Shown here piece after piece: positions 19,774 through 29,984 of a stretch of DNA of 64,000 nt (its first letter is position 1; each line of letters begins with the position of its first letter). The notes under the pieces were generated by a model. It saw only the letters and a program-made list of their open reading frames with translations, was not told the origin of the DNA and did not search any database. The stretch is from Oscillospiraceae bacterium (GTDB taxonomy: Bacteria; Bacillota; Clostridia; Oscillospirales; Ruminococcaceae): assembly GCA_963664585.2 (NCBI GenBank), contig CAXXEO010000015.1:6597-70596 (forward strand), given 5' to 3'. A program made the position numbers and the translations under genes.

Positions 19774-20427
19774 CTATTCGTTGATCAACTTCACAACCTG
19801 TAGTGAAGCAATGGCAGATTGACTTCCTTCTCCGTTTTTTGGATCTTTTGGAGAATGAATATTGATCATAAACCCTTTATCCCCACAAAGGGCAGTGACT
19901 CCGTTATGGCCTTCGTCAACAGCTGCATGCTGTATCCTGCCAATGATCATGGCATTTATCCCACTGCCTGAGAGATCAGCAAAGGATTCCAGTGTGCATT
20001 CATAGGTTAAAAATGCCTCTCGGATACGGGGGGGCTTTATAACTTTTGATGGTTCTGCTGTAAACCCGCCAATGGAAATTTCATCAGTATTTTCACCGTT
20101 TTCTTCGATTGTTTTGATACAGCTGTCATAATAGCTTGGGGCAAGAAAATTGATACAAAATTCTTTGTCTCTCAAAATATTCTTATAAGTATGCGTATGC
20201 TGCATTAATCCAGTTAGGATCGCAAAAAAGCCACCGCCATCACCGGAAAAAGCGCTCCATGCATGGAGGCAGACATTCGGCTTTCCGTTTTCCTTAAGCG
20301 TTGTAATCAAAAACAAAACAGACGGAACACCACCTGCGAATTCAAAGTGGGAAAATATCTGATACTGTCCCGGCCAACATTCTCTGAAATAATCCGGTTT
20401 AGAATTGCCTATTTCAACCTTCATCAT
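19774..20427 (-). CDS. flavin reductase-like domain protein
   Basis: ORF 19774..20451. The likely start is MMKVEIG behind AAAGGA. Family assignment comes from overall resemblance only. Confidence 0.5.
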   Translation of the reverse strand: MMKVEIGNSKPDYFRECWPGQYQIFSHFEFAGGVPSVLFLITTLKENGKPNVCLHAWSAFSGDGGGFFAILTGLMQHTHTYKNILRDKEFCINFLAPSYYDSCIKTIEENGENTDEISIGGFTAEPSKVIKPPRIREAFLTYECTLESFADLSGSGINAMIIGRIQHAAVDEGHNGVTALCGDKGFMINIHSPKDPKNGEGSQSAIASLQVVKLINE

Positions 20428-20518
20428 TATGTTCCTTTGCAATAAATTCATAATCCTCTATTGTATGCAAGTGCTCAGTATCAACTTCATGTGTGTGAGA
20501 CGCTCGCCCTGAATATAG

Positions 20519-21640
20519 TCAACGCTTATTCTCTTCGCATGCCTGTTTCATGACATAGGCGAATCCAAAGCGCTTATAATCTTCCCAGAATTGATGGCGA
20601 TTTTCCGGAAATTGCGATGGTTCACTCAGTCGTTTTTGTTCATGGAGGGCTTCTTCTTTCGGGCGTTCTTCTGTAAGCAAATCCTGTTGGCACCGATCAA
20701 AAAGAGCCTCACCCTTGGGTGAGTTTACCAAAATCAATGAAACTCCAAGGGAATCAAACCATTCGGGACTGTATTTTTCAATTCCCCAATAATCCGCGAT
20801 CGTCAGGTCTGAGACGCGATGAATGTCGGTAAATCGGCACTGTGAGCAGGAAGGCCGCATAATGGTCCCCGTTATAAAGAACAACTGATAAAAGCGGTCA
20901 TCCTCGTGTATCTTCGGGTTTTTGTCCATCGTAAAAAGAAAACCTCTATTGCTGTTATTACGACTCCAGCCGTTTCTCTTCGAGCGAAACTGTACGCCGG
21001 TGATCTTTCCCCCATGTTCACGCTCAAGCAAGCGCTTATACTCCTCCCAGACCAGTGGGCTTGGTATGCTGTGGCAAATCAGATCACATAGGTACAGCTT
21101 TTCTGAGAGCGGTGAACTGCCGATTAATCCGCGCAGCCCCGCCGTCTGACAGGGAGTGCCTGTGAATAGAACGACTCGTCCTTCTTTCAGATCGTCCTTG
21201 ATCTTTGCATAGGTGCTGCCCATGTCACTTTGCACATATTTAGAGATCCGCATTCGATCACGCTGTTCAGGCGTTTCCGCGCGCTGATGGAGTACATATA
21301 AATTTTCGTCGAAATCCGCCCCGTAGATGACACCGCCTTGTCGAAGGATTGCGTCCGAAATGGCGGTAAAGGCTCCGCCGGATGTGGATTCACGCAAAAC
21401 ATCCTGTGATTTATGGCGTGCCACGTAAAAACGGGGTGTATCGCTTTGCTTGTAGCTGCCCTCAACATTGAGTGGGCAGATCGCGGAACACCTGTGGCAA
21501 TCCACGCAGCGTGACTCGTCAATTTCAGGATATAAAAAGCCTTCCTCATCCGACTTCATGGTAATAGCATGTTTGGCGCAGATGCTGTAACAGGCACTGC
21601 AACCGCAGCAGTCCTCTTTCTTTTCATAAACGGATTGCAT
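20519..21640 (-). CDS. FrhB/FdhB-like (coenzyme F420 hydrogenase beta-type) protein with N-terminal 2x[4Fe-4S] ferredoxin domain
   Basis: CCGCSACYSICAKHAI and CVDCHRCSAICPL cysteine clusters. Start at MQSVYEKKE behind AAGGGAG. Confidence 0.65.
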   Translation of the reverse strand: MQSVYEKKEDCCGCSACYSICAKHAITMKSDEEGFLYPEIDESRCVDCHRCSAICPLNVEGSYKQSDTPRFYVARHKSQDVLRESTSGGAFTAISDAILRQGGVIYGADFDENLYVLHQRAETPEQRDRMRISKYVQSDMGSTYAKIKDDLKEGRVVLFTGTPCQTAGLRGLIGSSPLSEKLYLCDLICHSIPSPLVWEEYKRLLEREHGGKITGVQFRSKRNGWSRNNSNRGFLFTMDKNPKIHEDDRFYQLFFITGTIMRPSCSQCRFTDIHRVSDLTIADYWGIEKYSPEWFDSLGVSLILVNSPKGEALFDRCQQDLLTEERPKEEALHEQKRLSEPSQFPENRHQFWEDYKRFGFAYVMKQACEENKR

Positions 21641-21723
21641 GTTACACACTCCCTTCATTTTTGAGATACTGCCGATACTGGAAAGACTCGTACACGATCA
21701 TACAAATCATCAGTGAGCTTATC

Positions 21724-21762
21724 AAAAATCGGCCGTTTCATTTACAGAAATGGCCGATTTTT
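21724..21762 (-). terminator. bidirectional intrinsic terminator after the aldolase gene
   Basis: AAAAATCGGCC-N17-GGCCGATTTTT. Confidence 0.7.
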
Positions 21763-21810
21763 CGATAAACTGGCTGCCTTTCAGACAGCTTTGCATCAAT
21801 TTTTGTCTTA

Positions 21811-22746
21811 TTATGCTTTGCCGCTGCAACCAAGAACGTTTCTCATCTTATGTGCAACAACTGTTTTAATGTTTTCCCTGGCTGGAGTCAGATATTGTCT
21901 TGGGTCAAAGTGCGACGGATTCTCATAAAGGTGTTTCCTGATGGACGCCGTCATGGCAAGTCTCAGATCAGAATCAATATTTATTTTGCAGACGGCCATT
22001 GATGAAGCCCTTCTCAGCATATCTTCGGGTACGCCGATGGCATCCGGCATTTTTCCGCCGAACTCATTCACGATTTTTACATATTCAGGCATAACCGAAG
22101 ACGCCCCGTGTAAAACGATGGGGAAACCGGGTATCCTCTTTTCGATTTCTTCCAATATATCGAATCTGAGCTGGGGCTTTTGCCCCTGTTTGAACTTATA
22201 GGCTCCATGGCTGGTACCAATGGCAATGGCAAGAGAGTCGACTCCGGTGCGGGCTACAAACTCTTCCACTTCGTCGGGATTGGTAAATGCGGAATCCTTG
22301 TCTGAGACATTGATATTGTCCTCGATACCCGCAAGCTTTCCCAGTTCTCCTTCAACAACAATTCCTTTTGAATGCGCATATTCCACAATTTGTTTTGTGA
22401 TTCTGATATTTTCCGCGAACGGATATTTTGATCCGTCGATCATGACGGACGAAAAACCGCCATCCACACAGGCCATGCAAATTTCAAAATCTTCTCCGTG
22501 GTCAAGATGCAAAGCAACGGTAATTCCGGTGTCCTCAATTGCGGCCTCGACCAATTTGATCAAATAGACATGCTTCGCATATTTCCTTGCTCCGGCAGAA
22601 ACCTGAAGAATCAGCGGTGCATTTTCTTCTTTTGCCGCTTCAGCGATTCCCTGGATAATCTCCATGTTGTTCACATTGAAAGCGCCAACAGCATACTTGC
22701 CTTCATATGCCTTTTTGAACATTTCTGTAGTGGTTACAAGAGGCAT
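21811..22746 (-). CDS. fba: class II fructose-1,6-bisphosphate aldolase
   Basis: MPLVTTTEMFKKAYEGKYAVGAFNVNNME...LHLDHG...GTSHGAYKF. Confidence 0.9.
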   Translation of the reverse strand: MPLVTTTEMFKKAYEGKYAVGAFNVNNMEIIQGIAEAAKEENAPLILQVSAGARKYAKHVYLIKLVEAAIEDTGITVALHLDHGEDFEICMACVDGGFSSVMIDGSKYPFAENIRITKQIVEYAHSKGIVVEGELGKLAGIEDNINVSDKDSAFTNPDEVEEFVARTGVDSLAIAIGTSHGAYKFKQGQKPQLRFDILEEIEKRIPGFPIVLHGASSVMPEYVKIVNEFGGKMPDAIGVPEDMLRRASSMAVCKINIDSDLRLAMTASIRKHLYENPSHFDPRQYLTPARENIKTVVAHKMRNVLGCSGKA

Positions 22747-22896
22747 GGTCTGATCTCCTTTCATGCAAAAAGCCCCACAGGCTTTATCTTTCGATTATTA
22801 TTTTATCACTGCATCCATAATTTGCATAGCCTTAAGATGATGTATTTTTGTATACGAACTGTAAATACTCTTTTTTAAAAATGTCTTCGATCATTT

Positions 22897-23002
22897 TATA
22901 GTTGATTAACTTGAAAACAAGCTTGTGATTTCTTCCCCCGCCTTTGGCGGGGGAAGAAAATGACGTTTTATCTATAGCCAATTTTCAAGTTAATTGGCTA
23001 TA
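22897..23002 (-). repeat. F1 repeat copy, orientation B
   Basis: TATAGTTGATTAACTTGAAAACAAGCTTGTGATTTCTTCCCCCGCCTTTGGCGGGGG... The loop reads TTT on the top strand despite B orientation. Confidence 0.9.
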
Positions 23003-23197
23003 GTATGCACCCTTTGCGTTATGAATTGTTATAGTGCGAATATTTTAAATTATATAGGAACGCCCATTTAATGATTAATCTCAGTTACTTTTTATATTTC
23101 GAATTACATATAGAAGCGCTTACCGAAAGTAATCGGCAAGCGCTTTAGTTTTAAAAAAATATCAATGATTCGGTTGGGATATCATGAAAATCAGGTC

Positions 23198-24061
23198 TTA
23201 CTTTTTCTTTGATTGAGAAGTGACATAGGCCATGCCAGCGATACCGGCCACAAGAGCGGCAAAAGCCGCGCCCAGATTGCTGCCGGTGTTGGGGCCTGCG
23301 AGAGGGACCGGCGCTTCAGGAACGGTTACAGTAGGCGCCTCGGCCATGGGGACTTTCACTTCTGGAACAAAGGTAACCTCGCCCCAGATGGAGACTTCGT
23401 CTTTTTCGGAAGCTGTGCTGGAGGTGCTAGAGCTGGTTGAGCTGCTGTCAACTTCATAGAAGCCATACAGTATTGACGGGTAACAATGATATTCTTTCAT
23501 GAATATTTCAGTATGATACTCTAAAAATTCTTCTTCATCATCTGACTTGTCTTCACTGTCTTGAGCTTTATAGCTGCAGACCATAGGTCGTTGTACTTCA
23601 CTTTCCTTGTAATACCAGCCGGTAAATTTAAAACCGCTAAAGGTAGGCGCCTTAGGATTATATAAATCCTCATCAATTGTCGTTTGCATATTCACCGTCG
23701 TCGGCAATTCTTCGCCAGTAGAGCATCGGTAATGGAGATCTACCCTGCGGCCATCATAATACCATGTGCCAACCAGATGGACATTGCTTGTGATCTCATT
23801 TTCTGAGAAATTAAAAATTTCGCCTTTACCATCAATTTTCTATCCTCGGAAGTACCAGCAGCCTATTATCAAAGGAACATTGGGATCTTCTGCGCAAGTG
23901 TTTTCCACAATTGATTGTTTTTTGGGTGTATCAACGCTGCTGGGTGAGAGTCCGTCAAAGCTGAAAGCAACCGTATACTTGATGTCTTCCCCTGCCATCA
24001 CCAGCGATGACATTGAAAGAATCAGAAACGCCGAGATTAAAACTGCTATAAATTTTTTCAT
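23198..24061 (-). pseudogene. cell-surface protein with Listeria-Bacteroides (InlB B-repeat-like) repeats, interrupted by an in-frame TAG
   Basis: ORFs 23840..24061 (signal peptide MKKFIAVLISAFLILSMSSLVMA) and 23198..23707 share one frame. A single TAG at 23840-23842 is the only stop between them. GWY-type repeats (GCWYF, GTWYY, FTGWYY). The C-terminus has PNTG, a hydrophobic stretch, then KKK. Confidence 0.6.
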
Positions 24062-24408
24062 TTTGTTGTCTCCTTATGTAGTGTCATTTTTTATTTCAGG
24101 GTGTTTTTGCAATAAACTATCAGCAAAAAATACCCCTTTACAAACATCATGTTCTCATAAAGCCCGTTTTTTAGCGTCTTGTTGGTATTCCGGTACCTTA
24201 CTTTAGATTTTCTCAATTTTGCAGTTTTGATTAAAGTCATCACTGCTTTGTTTTTTCATCCTCGTCTATCACTATATACTTATAAAGTCACAACAATGTC
24301 ACTCAAAATTCGACATTTAAATACAATTTATTCACTATATGAATTAGATATTGATTTATACGAGTTAGTCTTTTTATTTGACAAAGCCTCCTCACAAAAA
24401 AGGGCTGT

Positions 24409-24461
24409 AAAAAAGCACCAACTCTCATCTAAATTTCTTTTAGAAAGAGAAGGTGCTTTTT
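24409..24461. terminator. A-run / hairpin / T-run bidirectional terminator
   Basis: AAAAAAGCACC...TCTCATCTAAA...TTTAGAAAGAGAAGGTGCTTTTT. The sequence is related to the hairpin at 25145. Confidence 0.55.
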
Positions 24462-24698
24462 ATTATCAAAATTTAAAGACATGGCTGTATATTTAAGAGG
24501 TCTAAAAGTTTGTACATAAAAAATAGGGATGTAAAAGAACAATAGGAGTTTCTCAGGAGCTTAGTAAGAACATTTGCAGCAAACTCCAATTTGCGTTAAA
24601 GCAGTATCGTGATGGCGAAGGCTATGATGCGTCGGAGGCAAGCCCCCCTTCAGGCGAGAGGGGTGGTGGTTGTTGACCCTGATTTTCAGTCATTAGAC

Positions 24699-24944
24699 TT
24701 ATAAAATAACCATCTTTGCTTGCACGCTTTCTAATTTGTTTAATGCTTTATCCAAGTCCAACATTTCAGCGTTCCCGCCGGCTAATTGCAGTATAAGAAC
24801 GCCTTCGTCAGAAGAGTCGTTTACAGTTTCATGCAGTCCCAATCTCATTTTTATGGAATGGCCGAATTTAGACAGTACTTCTTGTACCTCGGTGGATTTT
24901 TCTCTTCTCGCATCGATTTTCACAATCATAATATTACAGTCCAT
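24699..24944 (-). CDS. small ACT/NikR-C-like regulatory-type protein (81 aa)
   Basis: ORF 24699..25064, trimmed to MDCNIMIVKIDARREKSTEVQEVLSKFG behind GAAAGGTG. Any resemblance to the TM1266-type family is tentative. Confidence 0.4.
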   Translation of the reverse strand: MDCNIMIVKIDARREKSTEVQEVLSKFGHSIKMRLGLHETVNDSSDEGVLILQLAGGNAEMLDLDKALNKLESVQAKMVIL

Positions 24945-25144
24945 AATTACACCTTTCAAAATAAATTTTTCTAATACTAATCCCAAATAAAACGAGTTTT
25001 CTGTCTCTATTTTCCCCACCAGAGGCGGGAAAACAGAAGCAAAAATCAAGTGGCATTTAAACAAGGTTGAGTATAACTATAACACTTATCATATACAATA
25101 CTACGTTTCTTATTCAAGCAGGCATTCTTTATACCCTGCCAACC

Positions 25145-25191
25145 AAAAAGCGCCTTCTCTATCTAAAGTTTCATTTAGATAGAGAAGGCGC
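25145..25191 (-). terminator. strong intrinsic terminator after the thiolase gene
   Basis: GCGCCTTCTCTATCTAAA-GTTTCA-TTTAGATAGAGAAGGCGC, followed by CTTTTTGG on the minus strand. Confidence 0.75.
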
Positions 25192-25252
25192 ACTTTGCAT
25201 TAATCCAAATGCTCAAAAGGTTGTGGTAAATAATACGAAAAAACCGGAATAT

Positions 25253-26437
25253 TTATTTCATCCCTTCCAAAAGAGCAGAAACACCCATACCGCCGCCAAT
25301 GCACAACGTCGCCAAACCAAGCCTTGTCTTTCTCCGCTGCATTTCATGAAGTAAAGTCACTAAAATGCGGCATCCTGATGCGCCAACCGGATGTCCGATG
25401 GCAATTGCTCCACCATTCACATTCACTTTAGTGGAATCCCATCCCAGCTCCATCCCAACAGCGATAGACTGGGCGGCAAATGCTTCGTTGGCTTCGATCA
25501 GATCCAGTTGGGCAATGTTCAAACCGGTTTTTGCGAATAACTTACTGGTGGAAACCACAGGTCCAATTCCCATGATTGACGGATCAACCCCTGCAGTTGA
25601 CCCTGCAACCCATTTTGCCATAGGGGATACACCAAGTTCTTCAGCTTTTTTGGCACTCATGACAACGACTGCTGCTGCGCCATCATTGATTCCGGAAGCA
25701 TTGGCGGCTGTAACTGTACCATTTTCTTTAAAGGCAGGCCTTAACTTAGCAAGCTGTCCGGCAGTAACACCATCGCGTGGGGATTCATCTGTATCAAAAA
25801 GAATGGTTTCATTTTTTACTTTGATTGGTACAGGAACAATTTCCTCGATAAATTTCCCCGCTTTGCGGGCAGCTTCGCACTTCTGCTGGCTAAACACCGC
25901 AAATTCATCCTGCATTGCACGTGTAATGCCATATTTCTCCGCAACATTTTCCGCTGTGATTCCCATGTGATAATCATTAAACGCGTCCCACAAAGCGTCA
26001 TGGACCATTGTATCCATCAGAACGCCATCATTCATGCGATATCCATAACGCGCATTATTTAACGCGAAAGGCGCAGACGACATATTTTCCATGCCTCCCG
26101 CCACGATAATGTCGGCTTCTCCCGCCATAATCATCGCAGCGGCCAGATTTACACTTTGCAGGCCAGAACCGCACACGAGGTTAAGTGTCAGTGCAGGTAC
26201 TTCTACAGGAATTCCTGCGCTTATTGACGCCTGACGGGCGATATTTTGCCCCTGCGCGGCTTGAAGTACGCAGCCCATCAGTACTTGATCCACCTTGGCG
26301 GCAGGTATCCCCGCTCGATTAAGCGCTTCTTTTATCACGATGGAACCAAGCTGTGCGGCCGAAACATTTGTTAGCATTCCGCCCATCTTACCAACTGGAG
26401 TACGGCAAGCCCCTGCAATCACTACTTGTTTAGTCAT
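25253..26437 (-). CDS. acetyl-CoA C-acetyltransferase (thiolase II)
   Basis: [26 protein letters not shown] (active Cys), [26 protein letters not shown]. Confidence 0.92.
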   Translation of the reverse strand: MTKQVVIAGACRTPVGKMGGMLTNVSAAQLGSIVIKEALNRAGIPAAKVDQVLMGCVLQAAQGQNIARQASISAGIPVEVPALTLNLVCGSGLQSVNLAAAMIMAGEADIIVAGGMENMSSAPFALNNARYGYRMNDGVLMDTMVHDALWDAFNDYHMGITAENVAEKYGITRAMQDEFAVFSQQKCEAARKAGKFIEEIVPVPIKVKNETILFDTDESPRDGVTAGQLAKLRPAFKENGTVTAANASGINDGAAAVVVMSAKKAEELGVSPMAKWVAGSTAGVDPSIMGIGPVVSTSKLFAKTGLNIAQLDLIEANEAFAAQSIAVGMELGWDSTKVNVNGGAIAIGHPVGASGCRILVTLLHEMQRRKTRLGLATLCIGGGMGVSALLEGMK

Positions 26438-26488
26438 CTTTCTCCTCCAATTTCAGATCATGACCCTCACCGCGCCTCTAGCTGCTGC

Positions 26489-27688
26489 TTAAATGACGCC
26501 ATTCTCTGCATACTTTTCCATCTGGTCCTGTGTCATTCCCAGCACGCCCATATAAATATCCTTATTATGCTGCCCAAGAGTCGGCGCAGGCACTTTAATT
26601 TGTGGTTTGGTATCCATCAGCTTTACTGGAGTACCATTCACTTTCATGGTGCCGATAACCGGATGCTCCATCTTAACAAACATTTCCCTTGCGTTTGCAA
26701 TGTGATCGTCCTCAACGATCTGTTTCAGATCATAAATCGGCCCAGCGGGGATCCCCTTACCCAGAGCAATGTCTACTACTTCATTGACGGTATAGTTTTT
26801 TGTCCATGATTCAATATATTCTTTTTGCACCTCATTATTTTTCACCCGGTCAGGGACGGTCAAAAAGCGTTCATCGGTAATCATCTCAGGCATGTGAACC
26901 ACTTCATTGCAGAATATCTCATACAGTTTTTGGTTACCGCAGGCAATAATCACATAGCCATCCTTCGCTTTATAGGAATCATACGGTGCTATGGAGGCAT
27001 AGGCATTCCCGTTTCGCTCAGGGACTTGCTTCGATTCGAAATACCGTTCAAAGGCGTTTTCCAGACTGGCAACCACAGAATCCACCAAGGACACATCTAC
27101 AACTTGACCATGCCCGATGAGTCCACGGGCATTAACAGCAGCCAGAATGCCAATGACCAGATTCATTCCTCCTAAAATATCTCCCATCGCATTACCGGAA
27201 CGGGTAGGGCCGCTTCCTTTTTGCCCGGTTAGGCTCATAAGTCCTCCCATGGCCTGCGAAATGATATCATACCCGGGGCGCTGCGAATAAGGGCCATAAC
27301 TGCCAAAGCCAGATACTGCCGCATAAATCAGCTGGTCGTTTACTTGTTTCAATACGTCATAGCCAAGCCCCAGTTTGTCCATTACGCCCGGCCGATAATT
27401 TTCGATCACGATATCTGCCTTTTTCACAAGCTCAAGAAAGATCTTTTTCCCTTCTGGATGCTTTAAGTTTAGGGTAACGCCAACTTTATTGCGGTTTAAA
27501 TTTGCGAAATAGACACTTTCCCCATTCACATAGGGAGCATAACCCCGGGCATCGTCGCCTTGCCCGGGCATTTCAATTTTAATCACATTGGCGCCTAAAT
27601 CTGCAAGCATCATGCCGCAGTATGGGCCTGCCACAACCCTCGTTAAATCCAGAACGGTCAGGTTTTCCAAAGCTTCTCTTTTTTCCAT
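26489..27688 (-). CDS. family III CoA-transferase (CaiB/BaiF type)
   Basis: LTVLDLTRVVAGPYCGMMLADLGANVIKIE and YRPGVMDKLGLGYD are typical family III motifs. Confidence 0.88.
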   Translation of the reverse strand: MEKREALENLTVLDLTRVVAGPYCGMMLADLGANVIKIEMPGQGDDARGYAPYVNGESVYFANLNRNKVGVTLNLKHPEGKKIFLELVKKADIVIENYRPGVMDKLGLGYDVLKQVNDQLIYAAVSGFGSYGPYSQRPGYDIISQAMGGLMSLTGQKGSGPTRSGNAMGDILGGMNLVIGILAAVNARGLIGHGQVVDVSLVDSVVASLENAFERYFESKQVPERNGNAYASIAPYDSYKAKDGYVIIACGNQKLYEIFCNEVVHMPEMITDERFLTVPDRVKNNEVQKEYIESWTKNYTVNEVVDIALGKGIPAGPIYDLKQIVEDDHIANAREMFVKMEHPVIGTMKVNGTPVKLMDTKPQIKVPAPTLGQHNKDIYMGVLGMTQDQMEKYAENGVI

Positions 27689-27804
27689 TATTGTTATCCT
27701 TTACGCATGACCTAATTTGTGATTGTAACTGTTAGCGCTTTTAGGTTATATGCTTTATAGTTTTGATGCGACCAGACAGTTACGGCGTATAAACGCGTGC
27801 TTTA

Positions 27805-28122
27805 TTAATCAATATTAATTTTCATTCTCATGAAAGCGGAGCCCATGGATTTGCCAAGAGAATCCAAGCGAAGAGAAAGCGTAGCTCCGCCTCCCAATGC
27901 ATGCTTCATCACAAAGTTGAACCCATGCAGAGACGGAACCTCGTACCGTATAATCTCTCCTTTGACCATATCCCCAAAATAAGCCCGGACTTTTTCGACG
28001 GTAACCTCGCGTTTGATCAGCTCATAATCTTTGGGATCGCGGGCAAACACGCAAACATTGCTGGTATCTCCTTTATCTCCAGAACGACCATGCGCTAGTT
28101 CTTTCAAGTATATCTCTGCCAT
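27805..28122 (-). CDS. DUF4387-type protein (AtuA C-terminal-like module)
   Basis: ORF 27805..28188, trimmed to MAEIYLKELAHGRSGDKGDTSNV behind GGAGGTG. It lies 2 nt after the DUF1446 gene stop. Confidence 0.6.
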   Translation of the reverse strand: MAEIYLKELAHGRSGDKGDTSNVCVFARDPKDYELIKREVTVEKVRAYFGDMVKGEIIRYEVPSLHGFNFVMKHALGGGATLSLRLDSLGKSMGSAFMRMKINID

Positions 28123-28124
28123 CC

Positions 28125-29492
28125 TTATTTCACCTCCAAAATATGAGAAGTCAGTTTCACGGCATCTCGCGGAACCAAGGTCGGCCACAGCCCGATTACC
28201 TCCTGGACACTTGCGCGGCCGCCGAAAAAGCTTGCTCCGGGAGGGCCATTGAGCTGAAGCGGCGATATTTCAGGTATCAACTTGGCTGCTTCCGTTTTTT
28301 CATTCGCGCGAATCGCGATCCGAAGTACAACTTCATTCATATTTTTAATGAATTCGGGATTCATATTGGCAACTCCTAAATGCAAAGAGTTAAGCCCTAC
28401 ATAGCTAATATGGATATCCTCTGCCTGTAAACCTTTTCGTTTCATTTTCTTCATGAGGATTTCCGCTGCAACCTGTGCCTTTTCATAAGCATCCGGCCAT
28501 GCGAAGCTCAAATAAGTGACTACTTTAAAGCCCGCATGGTAACCAATGCAAAGCTTTAGCAGATCGGGTCTTTGTTTGCCTTTGATGTTGCCGATCCGAA
28601 CACGGTTGTTTCCAACTTGCGTAATCGTGGCATTGCTGATATCCACATTAACATCCGGGGTCAAATAGTTCGCCGGATCATGTACTTCATAAAGAAATTG
28701 CTCTTTGACGGACTGCTCGCAAATAATACCGCCGCAGCCAGGGGCTTTGGTAATTTTAAAATCGTCATCCGTCATTTCAGCAATTGGAAAGCCTAACTGG
28801 TCCATATCAGGAACGCCTCTCCAGTCATACTGGTAGTTACCGCCGGCTCCCTGTCCTCCGCATTCTAGCAGGTGACCGGCCATAATACCGCGCGCCAGAT
28901 TGTCCCAGTCGTCTTTTTTCCATCCGAGCTCATGCATAAGAGGAGAAAGGAAAAGCGCAGAATCCGTAGAGCGGCCTGTTACCACTGTATTGGCACCCTG
29001 TTCCAGGCACTCCACGATGGGTTCATGACCATGGTAGACATTGACATTCAAAATTTTATCCTTAATATCATTGAAGTCGCCGATATCATCGATATTATCA
29101 AATTTTATACCCTGCGCCATCAGAGAAGGAAGCTGCTCCTTCATATCGTCGCCCAGTACATAACCGATTTTGTATCCGTGCAGTCCCTTTTCCGCCGCAA
29201 CCTTTTGAAGCTCCCCGACGCAGCCGGTAATGTTCATACCGCCGGCATTCGTGATAATACCGATATTTTTATCATAGCTCTCTTTTGCAATCTCGTTCAT
29301 CAACGTGATAAAATCCCTTGCATAACCAGCTTGCGGGTTTTTTAGCTTCTGCCGTTCCATAATGGACAGTGTCAGTTCTGCCAGATAATCACATGCCATA
29401 TAGTTTAGATTTGCGTGACGAATCATATGTATTGCTGCGTCATTGCTGTCACCCCAAAATCCCTGGCCCCCGCCAATAGCGATCTTCTTCAT
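28125..29492 (-). CDS. DUF1446 / AtuA-like (acyclic terpene utilisation family) protein
   Basis: ORF 28125..29681, trimmed to MKKIAIGGGQGFWGDS. The longer ORF would read through an F2 repeat. Confidence 0.7.
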   Translation of the reverse strand: MKKIAIGGGQGFWGDSNDAAIHMIRHANLNYMACDYLAELTLSIMERQKLKNPQAGYARDFITLMNEIAKESYDKNIGIITNAGGMNITGCVGELQKVAAEKGLHGYKIGYVLGDDMKEQLPSLMAQGIKFDNIDDIGDFNDIKDKILNVNVYHGHEPIVECLEQGANTVVTGRSTDSALFLSPLMHELGWKKDDWDNLARGIMAGHLLECGGQGAGGNYQYDWRGVPDMDQLGFPIAEMTDDDFKITKAPGCGGIICEQSVKEQFLYEVHDPANYLTPDVNVDISNATITQVGNNRVRIGNIKGKQRPDLLKLCIGYHAGFKVVTYLSFAWPDAYEKAQVAAEILMKKMKRKGLQAEDIHISYVGLNSLHLGVANMNPEFIKNMNEVVLRIAIRANEKTEAAKLIPEISPLQLNGPPGASFFGGRASVQEVIGLWPTLVPRDAVKLTSHILEVK

Positions 29493-29614
29493 AATTTTGC
29501 CTCTCATTCTTAAATCCGTTTGTTTTCTCAAACTTAATCCTGTTTCAATGGCGCTCAATTTAACTCTGTTTAGACTGCCAGAAGGAAGAAAACAGGTTCT
29601 GGATGACTGCCTGA

Positions 29615-29700
29615 CTAGTACATTGCAAAATCTTAAACTTGTATATTCCCCCGCCTTCGGCGGGGGAATATACAAGAACACTTAACCCATTGCCATAAGT
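29615..29700 (+). repeat. F2 repeat copy with GC hairpin core, orientation X, right end diverged
   Basis: CTAGTACATTGCAAAATCTTAAACTTGTATATTCCCCCGCCTTCGGCGGGGGAATATACAAGAACACTTAACCCATTGCCATAAG. Confidence 0.85.
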
Positions 29701-29738
29701 GTATCATATTTCGTGTTAATGTTAGTACAACGAAACAC

Positions 29739-29750
29739 TACAACGTTGTA
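29739..29750. promoter_or_regulatory. LacI-type operator candidate TACAACGTTGTA
   Basis: A 12-bp perfect palindrome with a central CG, plus a second GTACAACG half-site at 29725. It lies between the LacI gene and the divergent AtuA-like operon. Confidence 0.45.
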
Positions 29751-29984
29751 CTTAAAATATACAGGAAACAATAATGCTTGTCAATTCAAATTGTTGCACT
29801 TTTTTTAAAGACGTTTATAATAATATTCATCATACTATTTTAATCTGCCCCGCCTGTTGTGACAGAATTAAATTTTCCCACTTATTTGTTTATTTCGGTT
29901 TCTTTCTTCCTCCGCAGCTTAACTGCTATTTGGGGATCGTATAATATTTCGCTATTAAACCTAATTACATAAGGAGGTTTTGCA

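Noticed and set aside
23840-23842. The in-frame TAG as a pyrrolysine codon.
   Set aside because: The host gene is a surface repeat protein, not a methylamine methyltransferase. No pylTSBCD genes or PYLIS-like context are visible. Nonsense mutation or sequencing error is more parsimonious.
24620-24691. A 23-codon ORF (MTENQGQQPPPLSPEGGLASDAS) whose ATG overlaps the stop of the small ACT-like gene (TAATG).
   Set aside because: It is very short, has no recognisable family, and there is no evidence of conservation. It lies next to a GC-hairpin relic, so the open frame is probably fortuitous.
29493-29681. N-terminal extensions offered by the ORF track: 28125..29681, 27805..28188, 2583..3179, 24699..25064, 44540..45583 and 11071..12567.
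   Set aside because: The extensions run through repeats or intergenic sequence and lack an RBS. Internal ATG, GTG or TTG codons preceded by GGAGG-type sites give N-termini typical of the families.
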